DNA of 64,000 nucleotides from positions 32,860,001 to 32,924,000 of the forward strand of contig NC_043010.1 of the NCBI RefSeq assembly GCF_006345805.1, given 5' to 3'. Each line of letters begins with the position of its first letter. Within the stretch, counting starts at the first letter, position 1. The notes under the pieces were generated by a model, which saw only the letters and a list, made by a program, of their open reading frames with translations, was not told the DNA's origin and did not search any database. The stretch comes from Octopus sinensis (Eukaryota). Positions 25,761-40,439 of the stretch are shown here, in pieces. The translations under genes and the position numbers were made by a program.

Positions 25761-27129
25761 GAACATACATTAACATAAAATAAAATACAACATGCCTACA
25801 CATGTTTCTATCTGGTAACTATGTAAAAAGTGCTTCGGAATATTCGAAACATGTTAATAGTTTTAGATGTACAAAATATCAACAAAGTGTCCAGTTTCTC
25901 ATTCAAAAGGCTAATGCTTACATATTTTTCTCTCAGGAATACAAGTTGGTGGTAAAGAGCTTCCTAGATAAAATGTATGAGGACTACATATTCATATGTT
26001 GAGTATCTATGTAATGTAAACATTATCTTAAGGGTAAGATATTGTGAAGACGTTAACGTTTTCGCAATATCTTACATTATGTCTCTCAAAATCCTTAAAC
26101 ATCTATATATTCTCTTAAATTGTTGTATGATGTGCATCTAAACACATAACCGTCTTTTTTAAAAATCCCTAATAGGTTTTTAGAAAGTTTTGATAAGCTA
26201 ATACCTCCCACTATTACTCCATCGGCATCCCCTCTTACTTTTCTAACTAACTAATTCTTACATAAGTATCCACAATATTTTTCTCCTTTTTCTTGTAGTA
26301 ATAATTGTATATTAGACTGTTTAACCCTATATATTGAGAGAATTCTCCCAATATATCACTGATAACACCAGTTGATCTCTGGATTTTATAATTCCTAAAG
26401 AGGACATTATATCCTAACGACTGATATATATATATATATATACTATATATTATATATATATATATATATAGTGTAATAAATAAAATATATGCATACATAA
26501 AACATATATGTACGTACCGACATCTACATGTATATATACATGCATATATAAATATATATACGTACAGGACACCACAAGAAGACGTAAAAATCAACAGAAA
26601 CGAAAACGGAAAAGCCATTTTGTTACAACAGAAGGACAGAGACGTGGAACAAGACGGAAACGAAAACGGGAAAAACATTATGTACAGCAGAAAAACGAAG
26701 TACGGGACATGCTGCACAAGGAAAAATCCCCTTCATCAGCTGTCGCTAGCAGACATAGCGTGTTTCGAAGGCAAGACAGGATACGAGAGAATTAAAATAA
26801 AATAACCTCGTAGAGGGGTAAAACGAGCAAGAAAAAATGTAACACAAAAAGGGACGTAACAAAGAACTGCACAAAAAAATACAAGAAAAAAATACAAAAT
26901 TAAAGATACATGTACTGCGGAAATTCATAGGTTTTTTAATGAAACACATCTACATCCCACGGGATCATTAGGTAGTACTTTTTCATATTCATCTGATATT
27001 ACAAAAGATTACTCTAAATAGTTACGAGTTTGAATCTTTTTTCCATAGCTCCATTTTAGTGTAGGTACTTCTTCAGGCATTGTATTTACCTTTCTGCCAG
27101 CTAGAAGACATTCACTATATATATATATA

Positions 27130-27975
27130 CGGGGTCTGATTAATAAGTATCCGGACTGTTATCATAGTAACGAAGCTAAAGCATGCAGAGTGAAGCCGCT
27201 TGGCACAGATGGACTTTGAACTCTGCTATGTATGTGCACTAAGTTTTAAAGTTCTAGCTCGCTTCCGCTGTTTACCACAGTGCCTGGAAGGAAGGTGCGT
27301 AGTGTGTGATCGTCGCATTAACCATGACAGAGAGAGTTGTCATGGCGATACCTGCTCAGAGGCCCACGCAAAGTTGCAGAAAGTGTATAGAGAGGGGTGT
27401 AGGAGCCGCACACAAGTGTTCGATATTGACGAACGTTCTGAGAGACACGCAACCAACAGAACTGAGAAAAACATCGTAGATAAGCGAGAAGCTGTGAGGG
27501 GAAATCGTTGCATCACCATCCTTGAGTTATTAGAATATGTGCAAATTAGTTACGATTCAGTTCAGTCCATTATTACTGAAGATTTGGATATGAGAGTCTG
27601 CCAAGTTTGAGCCGAAACATCCTTCAGCTGACCAAAAGACACACGGGTTTCGGTTGCACAAGGTCTTGATTGTGTCGAGAACGATGAAAACTTTTGTAAA
27701 ACTTTGCGTAGGGCTCTGAACAGGTATCGCCAAGCTTTTAGCAAAATCTGATGCAGATTCGCTGCTCAACTTTCTTTGTTATAGTTAATGCGACAATCAC
27801 ACGCTACACACCTTCCTTCCAAGCACGGCTGTAAACAGCGAAAGTTAGCCAGAACGTTAAAACGTAGTGCGCATACACAGCAGAGTTGAAGGTCAATCTG
27901 TACCAAGCAGCTTTATTCTACGTGCTTTAGCTTCGTTACTATGGCAACAGTCCGGATATTTATTTGTCAGACCAC

Positions 27976-27976
<1 letters not shown>
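27130..27976 (+). mobile_element. Internally deleted mariner derivative with 193-bp TIRs
   Basis: TA-flanked. 27130-27322 is the imperfect inverse of 27784-27976. The interior encodes only the N-terminal HTH (EAHAKLQKVY..NRCITILELLEYVQISYDSVQSIITEDLDMR). Confidence 0.85.
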
Positions 27977-28022
<46 letters not shown>

Positions 28023-28057
28023 CTTATATATATATATGTACTTATATACATACATAT

Positions 28058-28127
<70 letters not shown>

Positions 28128-28712
28128 AGTACGTATATATAGTCACACACAAGTACACACATACACCTCAGGTAAATTTTAAAATGTGTAATATCATTTT
28201 TTATGACAGTTTGTATAAGTTTCGTGCTTAAATAGAAGAAAGCAACTACATCCAAATACACATATTTATACATGCATGTGTGTGTGTGTGTGTGTGTGTG
28301 TGTCTTTGTGAATACAAATATTTGCATATACCTGTATATACACAAATGTTTGTGTATACATATTGTATATGTCTAATTACGGACACATAAACATGTATGC
28401 ATAAATATACATGTGTATATGTATCATACACATGTATGTCTATATACTTTATACACATATAGAGAGAGAAGAAGAATGGGAGAGGCACAGAGAGGGATAC
28501 ATATGTGCATGTTCTCTTATACTTAGACTAACGTGTTTATCTATATAATATGGACAACATTTTAAACTTTCAGGAAACATTTTTCCTAAAGTTTTTTTTT
28601 TTTTTTATGGCATTTAGATTAACAATTTAGATTAATGTAATGGCATTGAATTAGTCGACTTATCCCCAAATTTCTGGTATTGTGTCTTTGTTACAAATCA
28701 TCATCATCATCA

Positions 28713-28797
<85 letters not shown>

Positions 28798-28842
28798 TAT
28801 TATTATTATTATTATTATTATATTATTATTATTATTATTATT

Positions 28843-29045
28843 AGGGCGGCGAGTTTGCAGGATAGTTAGCTCGCTGAACGAAATGCTTAGCGGTATTTCG
28901 TCTGCCGTTACGTTCTGAGTTCAAATTCCGCCGAGGTCGACTTTGCCTTTCATCCTTTCGGGGTCGATCAAATAAGTACCAGTTAAACACTGGGGTCTAT
29001 GTAATCGACTTAATCTCCTCTCCCAAGCTGCCGTTGTGACAAAAA
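28843..29045 (+). mobile_element. SINE family A monomer between (ATT)n tracts
   Basis: GGCGGCGAGTTTGCAGGATAGTTAGC head, GAGTTCAAATTCCGCCGAGGTCGAC core. Confidence 0.8.
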
Positions 29046-29055
29046 TTTGAAATCA

Positions 29056-29126
<71 letters not shown>

Positions 29127-29151
29127 GTGTGTATGCGTGTATGTGTGAGTG

Positions 29152-29191
<40 letters not shown>

Positions 29192-29406
29192 GACGGACTT
29201 CTTCCAGTTTCCATCTACCAGATCCACTGACGAGGACTTAGTCGGCCCAAGGCTATAGTAGAATACACTTTGACAAGGTGCCTCGCAGTGGGACTGAACT
29301 GGGAACTATGTGGTTGGTAAGCAAGCTATTTACCACACAGCCACTCCTGCGTCTACTGTAATTGTTCCACGTGTTGTTGTTTTTTGTTTTCCGTTTGGAT
29401 TAAAAT

Positions 29407-29440
<34 letters not shown>

Positions 29441-29996
29441 ATATATATATTATCTTTATCATTTACTTGTTTGACTGAGGCCATGCTGGGGCACCACTTT
29501 GAAGAATTTTAGTCGAATGAATTGACCACAGTGTTTTTTTTAAGTCTGGTTACATTTTGCCGAGCCGCTAAATTACGGGGACGTAAACACTCCGGTTGTC
29601 AAGTGGGGTCATGGTGGTGGGACAAACAAATAACACATACAACACACACACGCACACATATATATACATATATATAATATTACATATGTATATATATATA
29701 TATAGTATGTATGTATATATATATATATATATATAATATATATATATATATACGACAGGCTCCTTTCAGTTTCTGCCTATCAAATCCATTCGCAATGCAT
29801 TAGTCAGTCCAAGGCTATGTTTGAAGACAGTTACCCAAGTTACCACGTAGTAAAACTGAACCCGGAACCATGTGGTTGGGAAGCAAACTTCTTACCACAC
29901 AGCTACGTGTATATAATGCATATACATCTTTTATTCTTTTACATGTTTGACTGCTACCATGCTGGAGCACCGCCTGAAGAATTATGTATGTGAATC

Positions 29997-30038
<42 letters not shown>

Positions 30039-30191
30039 CCATGGCTTATAATCTTCGTATGTTTTTCTGTGGATTAGTTTACGTTTCAGGGTTAAGGTTA
30101 AGTTGAAGAATATTCAAAATTGCTTTCTCTAAATATGTAGATGTATTTTCATGCACACATACGCACACACACACACTCACACACACACACA

Positions 30192-30222
<31 letters not shown>

Positions 30223-30381
30223 CTCACTCACTCACGTATGCACTCATACATATACGTATGCGGGAGTATACACATGTTTACATACAGTAGCAGAAACGAA
30301 CAGATAGAAAAGGAGATTGAGACATAAAGAGAGACATACAGACAGCCAAGTCGACAACACACTCACTCAAACTGACATACT

Positions 30382-30383
<2 letters not shown>

Positions 30384-30459
<76 letters not shown>

Positions 30460-31029
30460 AGTGCCTTCATACATCCATATATAAAACATAAACACATTTT
30501 TATTCATCATACAAACATGCATCACACACGTTATATACATACACACTAATCACACATATCTAGTTAACTACATGCATACATCACTCACAGTACATACATG
30601 CAAGCATACATGCATACATACCTTCAAACAGGTAGACAGACTTACACAAGTTATAGATATAGACGGCATAGTTGTGCTTCGCTTCTGTATCGCATTGTTT
30701 TGCATCCATTCTCATTTCGCGGCAAGTAGCTCGGGCCATAGTCTGGCTTCGATCGAACCCTTGTGAAACCCTGTCATGGGCAAATGATGCTCTTCTTGTG
30801 AAGTAGACTTAATCAGTTTTCTATTTAACACCAACACCTTATGTACAAGTATCTTTAACGGGTCCACTCTCTTACAAGAATTCGGGCCCTGTCTCTAATT
30901 TCAGGATAATTTTCCCCTTTCTTCTGACAGTCTCAAGAAAGAGTCAGGGGCATAGGAATCATTCTTGTTACTGAAGCATTAAATAAAAAAAGATATAGAG
31001 AAAGACTAATGTATTGAAACACAGCCAGG

Positions 31030-31094
<65 letters not shown>

Positions 31095-31095
31095 G

Positions 31096-31134
<39 letters not shown>

Positions 31135-31278
31135 TGATTGATTGATTGATTGATTGATTAATTGAGTGTTTGATTGATTAATTGAGTGTTTGATTGATTG
31201 ATTGGGAGAGAGTGAGTGAGACAGACAGACAGACAGACAGATAGACAGACAGACAGATAGATAGATAGATAGATAGAT

Positions 31279-31320
<42 letters not shown>

Positions 31321-31547
31321 GGAATGGACAAATTGCGCCAATACCAACCAATCAAAGTAGTGGTCACAACGGGGTTCAAAATACGGCCAAAGGCTACCTG
31401 TTATCTACTACGTTCGTATGTATATATAATAGAGAGGAGAGGAATTTCACTCGAGTGTACGCTACAGATAGATAGACAGATTGACAGATATATATATATA
31501 TCTATATATATATATATATATACAGAGAGAGAGAGAGAGGGGGGGAA

Positions 31548-31635
<88 letters not shown>
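30384..31635. repeat. Cluster of (GATA)n/(GATT)n/(GACA)n microsatellites
   Basis: Long tetranucleotide tracts at ~30384-30458, ~31030-31320 and ~31550-31635. Confidence 0.95.
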
Positions 31636-32224
31636 AATATGTTTCTCTTTTAAATAGATGAAAAAAAAATCTGAATTTAAATTCTTAAAATATGAACGAA
31701 TGTGTTACTCACGGTGTTTCCATGTAAGATACAATAAAACAATCAGTGATCCAGACTAGAATATAAACTTTTTGAAATGGTAAATGTCACGACAGAGTAT
31801 CTTTCCTCCAGGACAGAACACAGTAAAATACTAGAATGACCATCAAACGCTCCATTCATGAAATGTATTCACAATACACAAGTAATATGTACCACATATG
31901 TTGTCTCGCTGTTGGCGTCTGTTTACATGTGTTTATGAGAAAAATGAGAGAGCGACAAAGAGTGAGAGAGTGAAAGACTGAGTGAGAGAGACTGAGAAGG
32001 GGAGAGAGGGAGGCGACGTTCGAAGGAGGCGGGTTTTCTGTGGGCGAGTTTAATGCATGTATGAAAGAGTGTATATGTAGGTGTGTATGTGTGTGTACTC
32101 ACGAGCTGTCTATGTATATATCAATATACATATATTTATATAAACTTTACATCATTTATGTGTGTGTGAGAAATTAGAGTGAAAAAGTTATGTATGCGAT
32201 AGTGCGTGTGTGAATGTATGCATG

Positions 32225-32300
<76 letters not shown>

Positions 32301-32442
32301 TAAACGTTAAAAAAAACACAAACTGGGACAAGAACGTGAAACATTTTGAAGACGGCCAAAAAAACACACAGACGGGACTCTCGAAGCTCTCAGTCATCAG
32401 TTAAGAACCAGATCATCTTCGCAATTTCGGCTGATTAATCTT

Positions 32443-32475
<33 letters not shown>

Positions 32476-32495
32476 TATTATAATATATATATATA

Positions 32496-32563
<68 letters not shown>

Positions 32564-32586
32564 TATAACATACATACATATATAAT

Positions 32587-32660
<74 letters not shown>

Positions 32661-32725
32661 ATATATATATATATATATACATATATATATCATATATATA
32701 TATATTATATATAATATATACATAC

Positions 32726-32759
<34 letters not shown>

Positions 32760-33386
32760 TTTTATTCTACTTGTTTACGTCGACATAAGCACAACCAACA
32801 TCGCTTGTCAAACGATGGTGGGGGGGGGGACAAACATACACACGCACACATGACGAGCTTCTTTCAGTTTCCGTCTACCAAATCCACTCAAAAGAGTTTG
32901 GTCGACCCGAGGCTATAGTAGAAGTCACTTGCTGAAGGTGCCACGCAGTGGGACTGAACCCAGAACCATGTGATTGAGAAGTAGCTTCTTGCCACACAGC
33001 CACGCCTTGTTTTGGATTTATGTGCTTACTCGTGTGTATGTGTGTGTGAGTGTGTGTGTGTGCGTGTGTGTATGTGTGTGTGTTTATGTGTGTGTGTGTA
33101 TTGTTGTGTCTGCGAAGATTAATTTCGTCTTAATGCCTTATTATCTAACACACTCACCGGATCGATTTCCATTCATTTATTATATATATATATATATTAT
33201 TTTACACTTTTACTTGTTTCAGTCATTTGACTGCGGCCATGCTGGAGCACGGTCTTTTAGTCGAACCGCAGGACTTATTCTTTATAAGCCTAGAACTTAT
33301 TCTATAAGTCTCTTTTGCCGAACCGCTAGATGATCGGTTGTCAAGCGGTGGGGGGGAACAACACAGACATACGAACATACACACAC

Positions 33387-33417
<31 letters not shown>

Positions 33418-34368
33418 TATATATTTATTATATAATAATAATATAACTAAATATATTTATATGCATATATACATATGTATATGTACATACCTCGGATCTC
33501 AGAATTAAACAGCCGAAATCTGCGATGAGGGATAAGTTTCTGACTGAAGAATGAAGGCTTTGAATGACCCGTTTGTCTTTTTGTTCGTCCCTTCGTGTAT
33601 TTCACGTTATTTATTTATGTAAAGGTTTATTATATATATGCATATGTGGACACAGTACGTCATGAAACGTGTACAACAAAAAAGTACGAAGCACGAGTAC
33701 ATGGAACATGAACTATTCTTTCGAACAACGAAAGACACAAATGGAAAACAAAACAAACAACATAAAGGACGACCCTTCATCAGTTGTTGGCTGTTTTTCT
33801 AGTCTCGTATTTCCAGCATTTAATAACAATATACGCCTTCGATAAAGCAGTTGCTTCCTCAAAGCAAATTAAATAAAATTTTGTGTTTTGCCGAGGGTCA
33901 AAATTGGTAACACAAACAGTACAGTAAAAACAAGCAAAGAAGGGCTGCTAAGTCTAAACGAGGTCGTGGTGGGAAACGTGTAAATCAAGCTAGGACAGAA
34001 GACAAACAAGAACACATCTTCCTTGTTCCAGCTTCTTTCAGTTTCCGTCTACCAAATCCATTCACAAGGCTTTGGTCGGCCCGAGGCTATAGTAGGTGCC
34101 ACGCCGTGGCACTGAACCTGGGATCTTGTGATTGATAAGCAAGCTATTTAGCACACAGTCACTCCTGTGCCTATATATACTTTTTTTCTTCCAAAATTTT
34201 AGTTGTGTGTTAAGAAGTTCGTTTCCTAACCATATGGTTCGGGGTTCTGTCCTACTGCGTGGTACCTTGGGCAAGTGTTTTCAACTGTAGCCTCACCCCG
34301 ACCAAAACCTTGTGAGTGGATTTGGTAGACGGAAACTGAAAGAAGCCCGTCGTATTATATATATATAC

Positions 34369-34404
<36 letters not shown>

Positions 34405-34666
34405 GGGTGTGTGGTGTGTGTGTGTGTTTGTGTTTGTCCACCCCACTGACACTTGACAACCGGTGTTGTGTGTTTACGTTGCCGTAACGTAACGGTTCCG
34501 CAAAAGCGAAAGAGAGATAGAATAAGTACCAGGCTTTAAAAAATAAGTGCTAGGGTCGATTCATTCGACTAAAAATTCATGGCGTGGCCGCAGTCTAATG
34601 ACTAAAACAAGTAAAAGATCAACGATAAAAGATACACGCATATATATATATATATATAATATATAT

Positions 34667-34715
<49 letters not shown>

Positions 34716-35222
34716 GTATACACACGCAAGCATACATATATATGGCTGTGTGACTGTATGACTGTATGGTAAGAAGTTACCTTTCCAACCACATGATTCC
34801 GGTTTTAGTCCCACTACATGGCAACTTTGGAAAGTGTCTTCTATAGCCTCGGTCTTACCAAAAGCCTTGTGAGTGGATTTGGTAGACAGCAATTGAAAGA
34901 AGCCTGTCGTTTATATATAACTATGTCTATGTGTTTTGGGATCTGTGTTTGTCCTCCCGCCCCATCACTGCTTGGCAACCGCAGTTGATGTGTTTACATC
35001 CCCGGAACTAGCAGTTCGGCAAAGAGTCCGATAGAATAAGTACTATGCTTAAAAAGTAAGTCTGAGGGTTGATTTGTTTGACTAAAATCTTTCAAGGCGG
35101 TGCTCCAGCATGGTCGCAGTCAAATGACAGAAACATGTAAAAGAGTAAAAAAATATATATATTCGCATTTATCTCTATATAAAATATGTTTGTATTATTG
35201 TAAATATACGTATGTGTGTGTG

Positions 35223-35265
<43 letters not shown>

Positions 35266-35313
35266 TGTGTGTTTGTGTGTGTACGTGTATGTTGTATGTA
35301 TGTATGTACGTAC

Positions 35314-35344
<31 letters not shown>

Positions 35345-35714
35345 TGTATGTATGTATGCACAGGTATAATTGAATGCGTCCCGATTTAATAATTCGTTGT
35401 CTTGATAAATAAAAGGTAAAGTACTCGATATCTAGGGTTTAGTGCTAGGATAATTCAATGGCAAAATCCTTTACGAAGAGCTTATTTTTTTCATAAAAGC
35501 ATTATAGAAATACATAAATACACAAGTACCTCAGAAGTTTTCTTCCCAGTCAGTTCCGGGTTCAGTCCTACTACGAGGCACTTGGGCAAGTATCTTCTAG
35601 TGTAGCTTCAGTCCGACCAAAGCTTTGTGAGTGGATTTGTTAGACGGAAACTGAAAGAAACCCATCGTGTATGTATCTGTATATATATATATATATGTAT
35701 ATATATATGATATC

Positions 35715-35786
<72 letters not shown>

Positions 35787-36011
35787 GTGTGTGTTTGCGT
35801 TATCACCCCACCACCGCTTGACAACCGGTGTTGGTTTGTTTGCGTCCTCGTAACTTAGATGTTCGACAAAGAACACCGATTGATTAAGGACCAGGCTTTA
35901 AAGAGAAAAAAGTATTGGTGTCGATTAATTCAACCATATATTCTTCAAGGTAGTACCCTAGCATGGCCGCAATCTAATGACTGAAACAAATAAAAGATTA
36001 TATATATATAC

Positions 36012-36042
<31 letters not shown>

Positions 36043-36057
36043 CATATATATATATAC

Positions 36058-36090
<33 letters not shown>

Positions 36091-36320
36091 AAATGTGAGG
36101 ATAAAATTCTTTTCGAAAAAAAATGTATATTTTCTCGAAAAAAATTTTATCAATGGCCAACATATTAAAAAATACCTTTAACGGTTAAATTTATAAACAA
36201 TTCATAAATGATGGCAAATGAAAAAATTTCTAATGCCAAATATGCCGAAAAATTGGACATATTGTCCATTAACCATATAATTTTTTCACATACGCACGCT
36301 ACTCGAAAAAAGGTCGACAG

Positions 36321-36369
<49 letters not shown>

Positions 36370-36372
<3 letters not shown>

Positions 36373-36788
36373 TCTTACTCTTTTACTCTTTTACTCTTTT
36401 ACTTGTTTCAGTCATTTGACTGCGGCCATGCTGGAGCACCGCCTTTAGTCGAGCAAATCGACCCCGGTACTTATTCTTTGTAAGCCCAGTACTTATTCTA
36501 TCGGTCTCTTTTGCCGAACCGCTAAGTGACGGGGACGTAAACACACCAGCATTGGTTGTCAAGCAATGCTAAGGGGACAAACACAGACACACAAACATAT
36601 ACACACACTTATATATATATACATATATACGACAGGCTTCTTTCAGTTTCCGTCTACCAAATCCACTCACAAGGCTTTGGTCGGCCCGGGGCTATAGCAG
36701 AAGACACTTGCCCAAGATGCCACGCAGTGGGACTGAACCCGGAACCATGTGGTTGGTTAGCACGCTACTTACCACACAGCCACTCCTG
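36370..36788 (-). mobile_element. SINE family B, full-length young copy
   Basis: Near-perfect reverse complement of 58965-59364: tRNA-like head with GGTTCAGTCC B-box-like motif, internal (TA)n and A-rich AAAAGAGT tail. Confidence 0.9.
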
Positions 36789-37005
36789 TATATATATATA
36801 TATATACAAGAAAAAAGCAACAAAAGCTGGTCTTCGTACGAAACAATTGTACCGAAATATTGATCCATTTTTGTTGCTTTTTTCTTGTTTATAATCACCC
36901 TGCATTATCTTATGGTTAATACCATATAGATTTCTGGTGCATCTAAGTTAAGTACCGCATTCATGTGAATGCAACAGAACTCACTTGAATCTTAATTGCT
37001 TTTAC

Positions 37006-37074
<69 letters not shown>

Positions 37075-38815
37075 CGAGCCAACGGGTTTTAGGAAGAAAC
37101 GCTGCAAAGCTAAGTGCTTTGTGGACGTGAAACCCAGAGTAACTCCATAGACCGGCCATATCATTCTTTATCTATATATACATGCATGTGTGTGTATGTG
37201 TTATACAAACATACCGTACATATTATATACATATAATATTTAGACAATATACATATATATAATGTACATATTTACATATGATACAAACAAGATTAATATA
37301 TATTTACACCTTCAACGTTAAAGGTGCAAAACTGAATATTACCAGTTGGTCGATAACTGATGAAGAATTACGGACCTTCTGTGTTTGTCTTCCGTTCGTT
37401 TTTACATTCAGTATACTTTATGTCATTTGTTTATACATTTTTTTCATTTATTAAGTAAAGGAACGCAACATACACCAAATTTGTATGAAGCTTTTATATA
37501 TTTACATACATACATACATATACATGAAGAGGTGTGTTAGTGTGTGAGTATGTGGTAGAAATGGGGAGTGAGAGTTTCTAGTAGATATAGAAGTGGGGAT
37601 GGTGGAGGAGGAGGTAAAGGAGCAAGAGGAGAAGCTGGTGGGGTGGTATAAAAGAGGATGGTATAAAAAAAGAAACAAGCTGACTGGCATACAGACAGAC
37701 AGACCTTAATCAGTCAGACTGTCAAGTAGGTTAATCTATATTGCCTTCTTCAACACTCCCACAACCACAGCTCTTACAATTATCACCACCACTCCACACC
37801 AAATACGCCCCCACCACCACATCTACCATCTTCACCGTCACCAACAATACCAACGCCAAAAACAACACCGCGAACAAACCCAATAACCTTCATACCCTAC
37901 CACTATCACATCGTGTTACACCAACCAGCACCACCACTAACAGCAAAACGAACATCACTACATCCTAAACAACTACAACGTCAACCACAGCCAGGACCAA
38001 CACCACAACTTCAACAAATACCGCAACCACAACCACAGCTACCGCCACCCACACCCATTATTACCGTCACCGTACCATCATTACCATCATCACCACTATT
38101 GGTCAATGTAGTCCTACATCAGTGGTTCTCAACCATGTTTTTACCCGTGGAGCCCTTACATTTGCGGTTCCCAATCTTTTCCAGGTTTCCACCCCGTTGG
38201 CATCCAGGTCACATTCCTAGCCCGCCACACATACACAAATACTTGTATATACATTACACCCACACACATAGAGATCCATACACGCAAGCAACATAAACAC
38301 ACATGCACAAACAGGTGTACATTAATTTCATAAAGATTCGGATATGTGTGTGTGGGGGGGTTTCTTTCGTTTTCTAGCTTCCTTTTTTTCTATCATGCAA
38401 TGGAAAGGTGAGAAAAGAAAAAGTGTCTGTGCACAAGGCGGAACAAGGAGAATGAATCATAAAAAGAGGTGAATTAGGGAGATGACAGATGAGAGATTGA
38501 AAGAAAGGGAAGGAGGCAACACTAAAAATGGTGTCGAGACGTGCAACCAGGCAAGTTGACAGTTAAAAATAGGGAGAGTTGAAAGTCTAAGAGAAAAAGA
38601 TACAACTCATGTAAAACGGGTAAGTTGGGAAGATGTCTCTATAATAGATAGGGAAATTAGAGAGGTAACGTGATGAAATAACAGACAAACAAACACTGGT
38701 AAAGAAAGAGAGCTGAAGAGGAACAAAAATTTCGATATGATATCAAAGTATGGGAGGGAGGTGGAGACGGCTTTTAGCGGAGAGAAAACAGAATGTGCTT
38801 GTGTGTGTGTGTGTG

Positions 38816-38914
<99 letters not shown>

Positions 38915-39599
38915 GCAGAGAGACAGACACATATTGCTCTTTGGCTATAGCCGTCAATATAAGAGATAACAACTCATTTATACTATTAGCGGGATTAGAA
39001 ATTTACATTTGAAAATAAGGAAGGTTAGGAAGAAGATCCATAAATTTGTTGTTTATCTATCAATATATCTATCTATCTATCTATCTATCTTTCTATACAT
39101 GCATACATACATATCGAGGCTGAGCGAGGGAAAGAAAAGAAATAATGAAATAAATCAATGAAGCAGAGACAGTGAGAGAGAGAGAGAACACTTAAGGAAG
39201 AGAAGAAATTAGTTATATGAGAAATAGTTATAAATGAAACATGAAATATTGTTACTCACAAAGAATATACTCTGATTTGAATTGTAGACAGAAGACGATA
39301 ATTATAACAAGAACTCAATGCTCCTTTGGGTTGGAGGAAAAGTGCGGTAAGATAACAAAAATCAAGAAGAAATGAGAGTAAGGTTCGATGTAGAAACAAT
39401 AACAAAATCAGGAAGAAAAAACAAAAAAAATGAAATACAAAATTCTGAGAAAAGTTTGCTAAAAAAGACAGAAATGAAACTAAAGCATCAATTACGTAGT
39501 CATCACTTATGCCAACTAATTGATGGCTTACCATGAAAAGAAAATTCATCTTGAATCGGACAAATATTTGATATATTTTATACATATTTTATTCAAGCT

Positions 39600-40310
39600 T
39601 GCAAAAAGAATTTGCAAAAAAATTCTATAAAATGTGATCAAAGACTGGTCGAATTCAAAAATATATTTATACATAGAGTATTTCTACTAAATCTAATTGC
39701 AAATACAACAGAAAGAACAAAATTCACAGATACTCAAGATCTAAAATGTATGAAAACTAAACTGAGAAAAAGGTTTTGCCTTTTTTGGGTTGGGGGTGGG
39801 GCATTTTTACATTTAACTCTAGAAATACCAAAATATTTTACCATATCTTTCAAAAAGAATTACTTATTTTATATGAAGAACAACAATTGAAAAAGTTTTG
39901 GAAAAGCATCAACCTAAAGTTCATGTTACAAAATACAAAAGACCAAACTGAGGGACATCTTTATATCTGACTGAAGACTCGGTGTTCTAGATCGTAAAAC
40001 TTTTTAGAGAAAAGGGTGGTTTTATTTACAAATCTCTGAATGTAATACATGTAACTATATGTTATGGATGTTTTGAAAACTATACCAGACAAAGTGGATT
40101 GTCACTAAGCAAACTAATGATAGAATAAGAGACCGAATCAATTATGAGAAACCAAATTCCGTTAAGGAAACATATAACAATATGTGTAAGAATGATCAGA
40201 CCTAATTTGAAATTATTTTCAAATTAAAGCCGCCCCAGCTTTAATTACAGAACAACGACAGAGAATAATTAAACGTTTATGAATCCCTTGCTATAAAGAC
40301 TTCTAGCATA
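39600..40310 (+). mobile_element. Possible second-type PLE fossil (GIY..CxxC..YxG endonuclease)
   Basis: GGTTTTATTTACAAA (GFIYK, 40018-40032) and TGTAATACATGT (CNTC, 40041-40052), with upstream TKLRDIF..LK-like remnants. Heavily frameshifted. Confidence 0.4.
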
Positions 40311-40439
40311 TAAAAATGACTGCTGTAATCTGAAATGCATTTTTTTTAAGATTCTAAAAAAAATGTGAACTGCTAATTTTCCGTGAATAGTTTAAGGAAT
40401 GAAAACTGGTTGGAAGAAATGTGATAAACTAAATATAAA

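Noticed and set aside
37740-38120. Pro/Thr/Gln-rich ORFs (37741-37968, 37913-38296)
   Set aside because: Degenerate (ACC/AAC)n low-complexity DNA with no splice or homology support.
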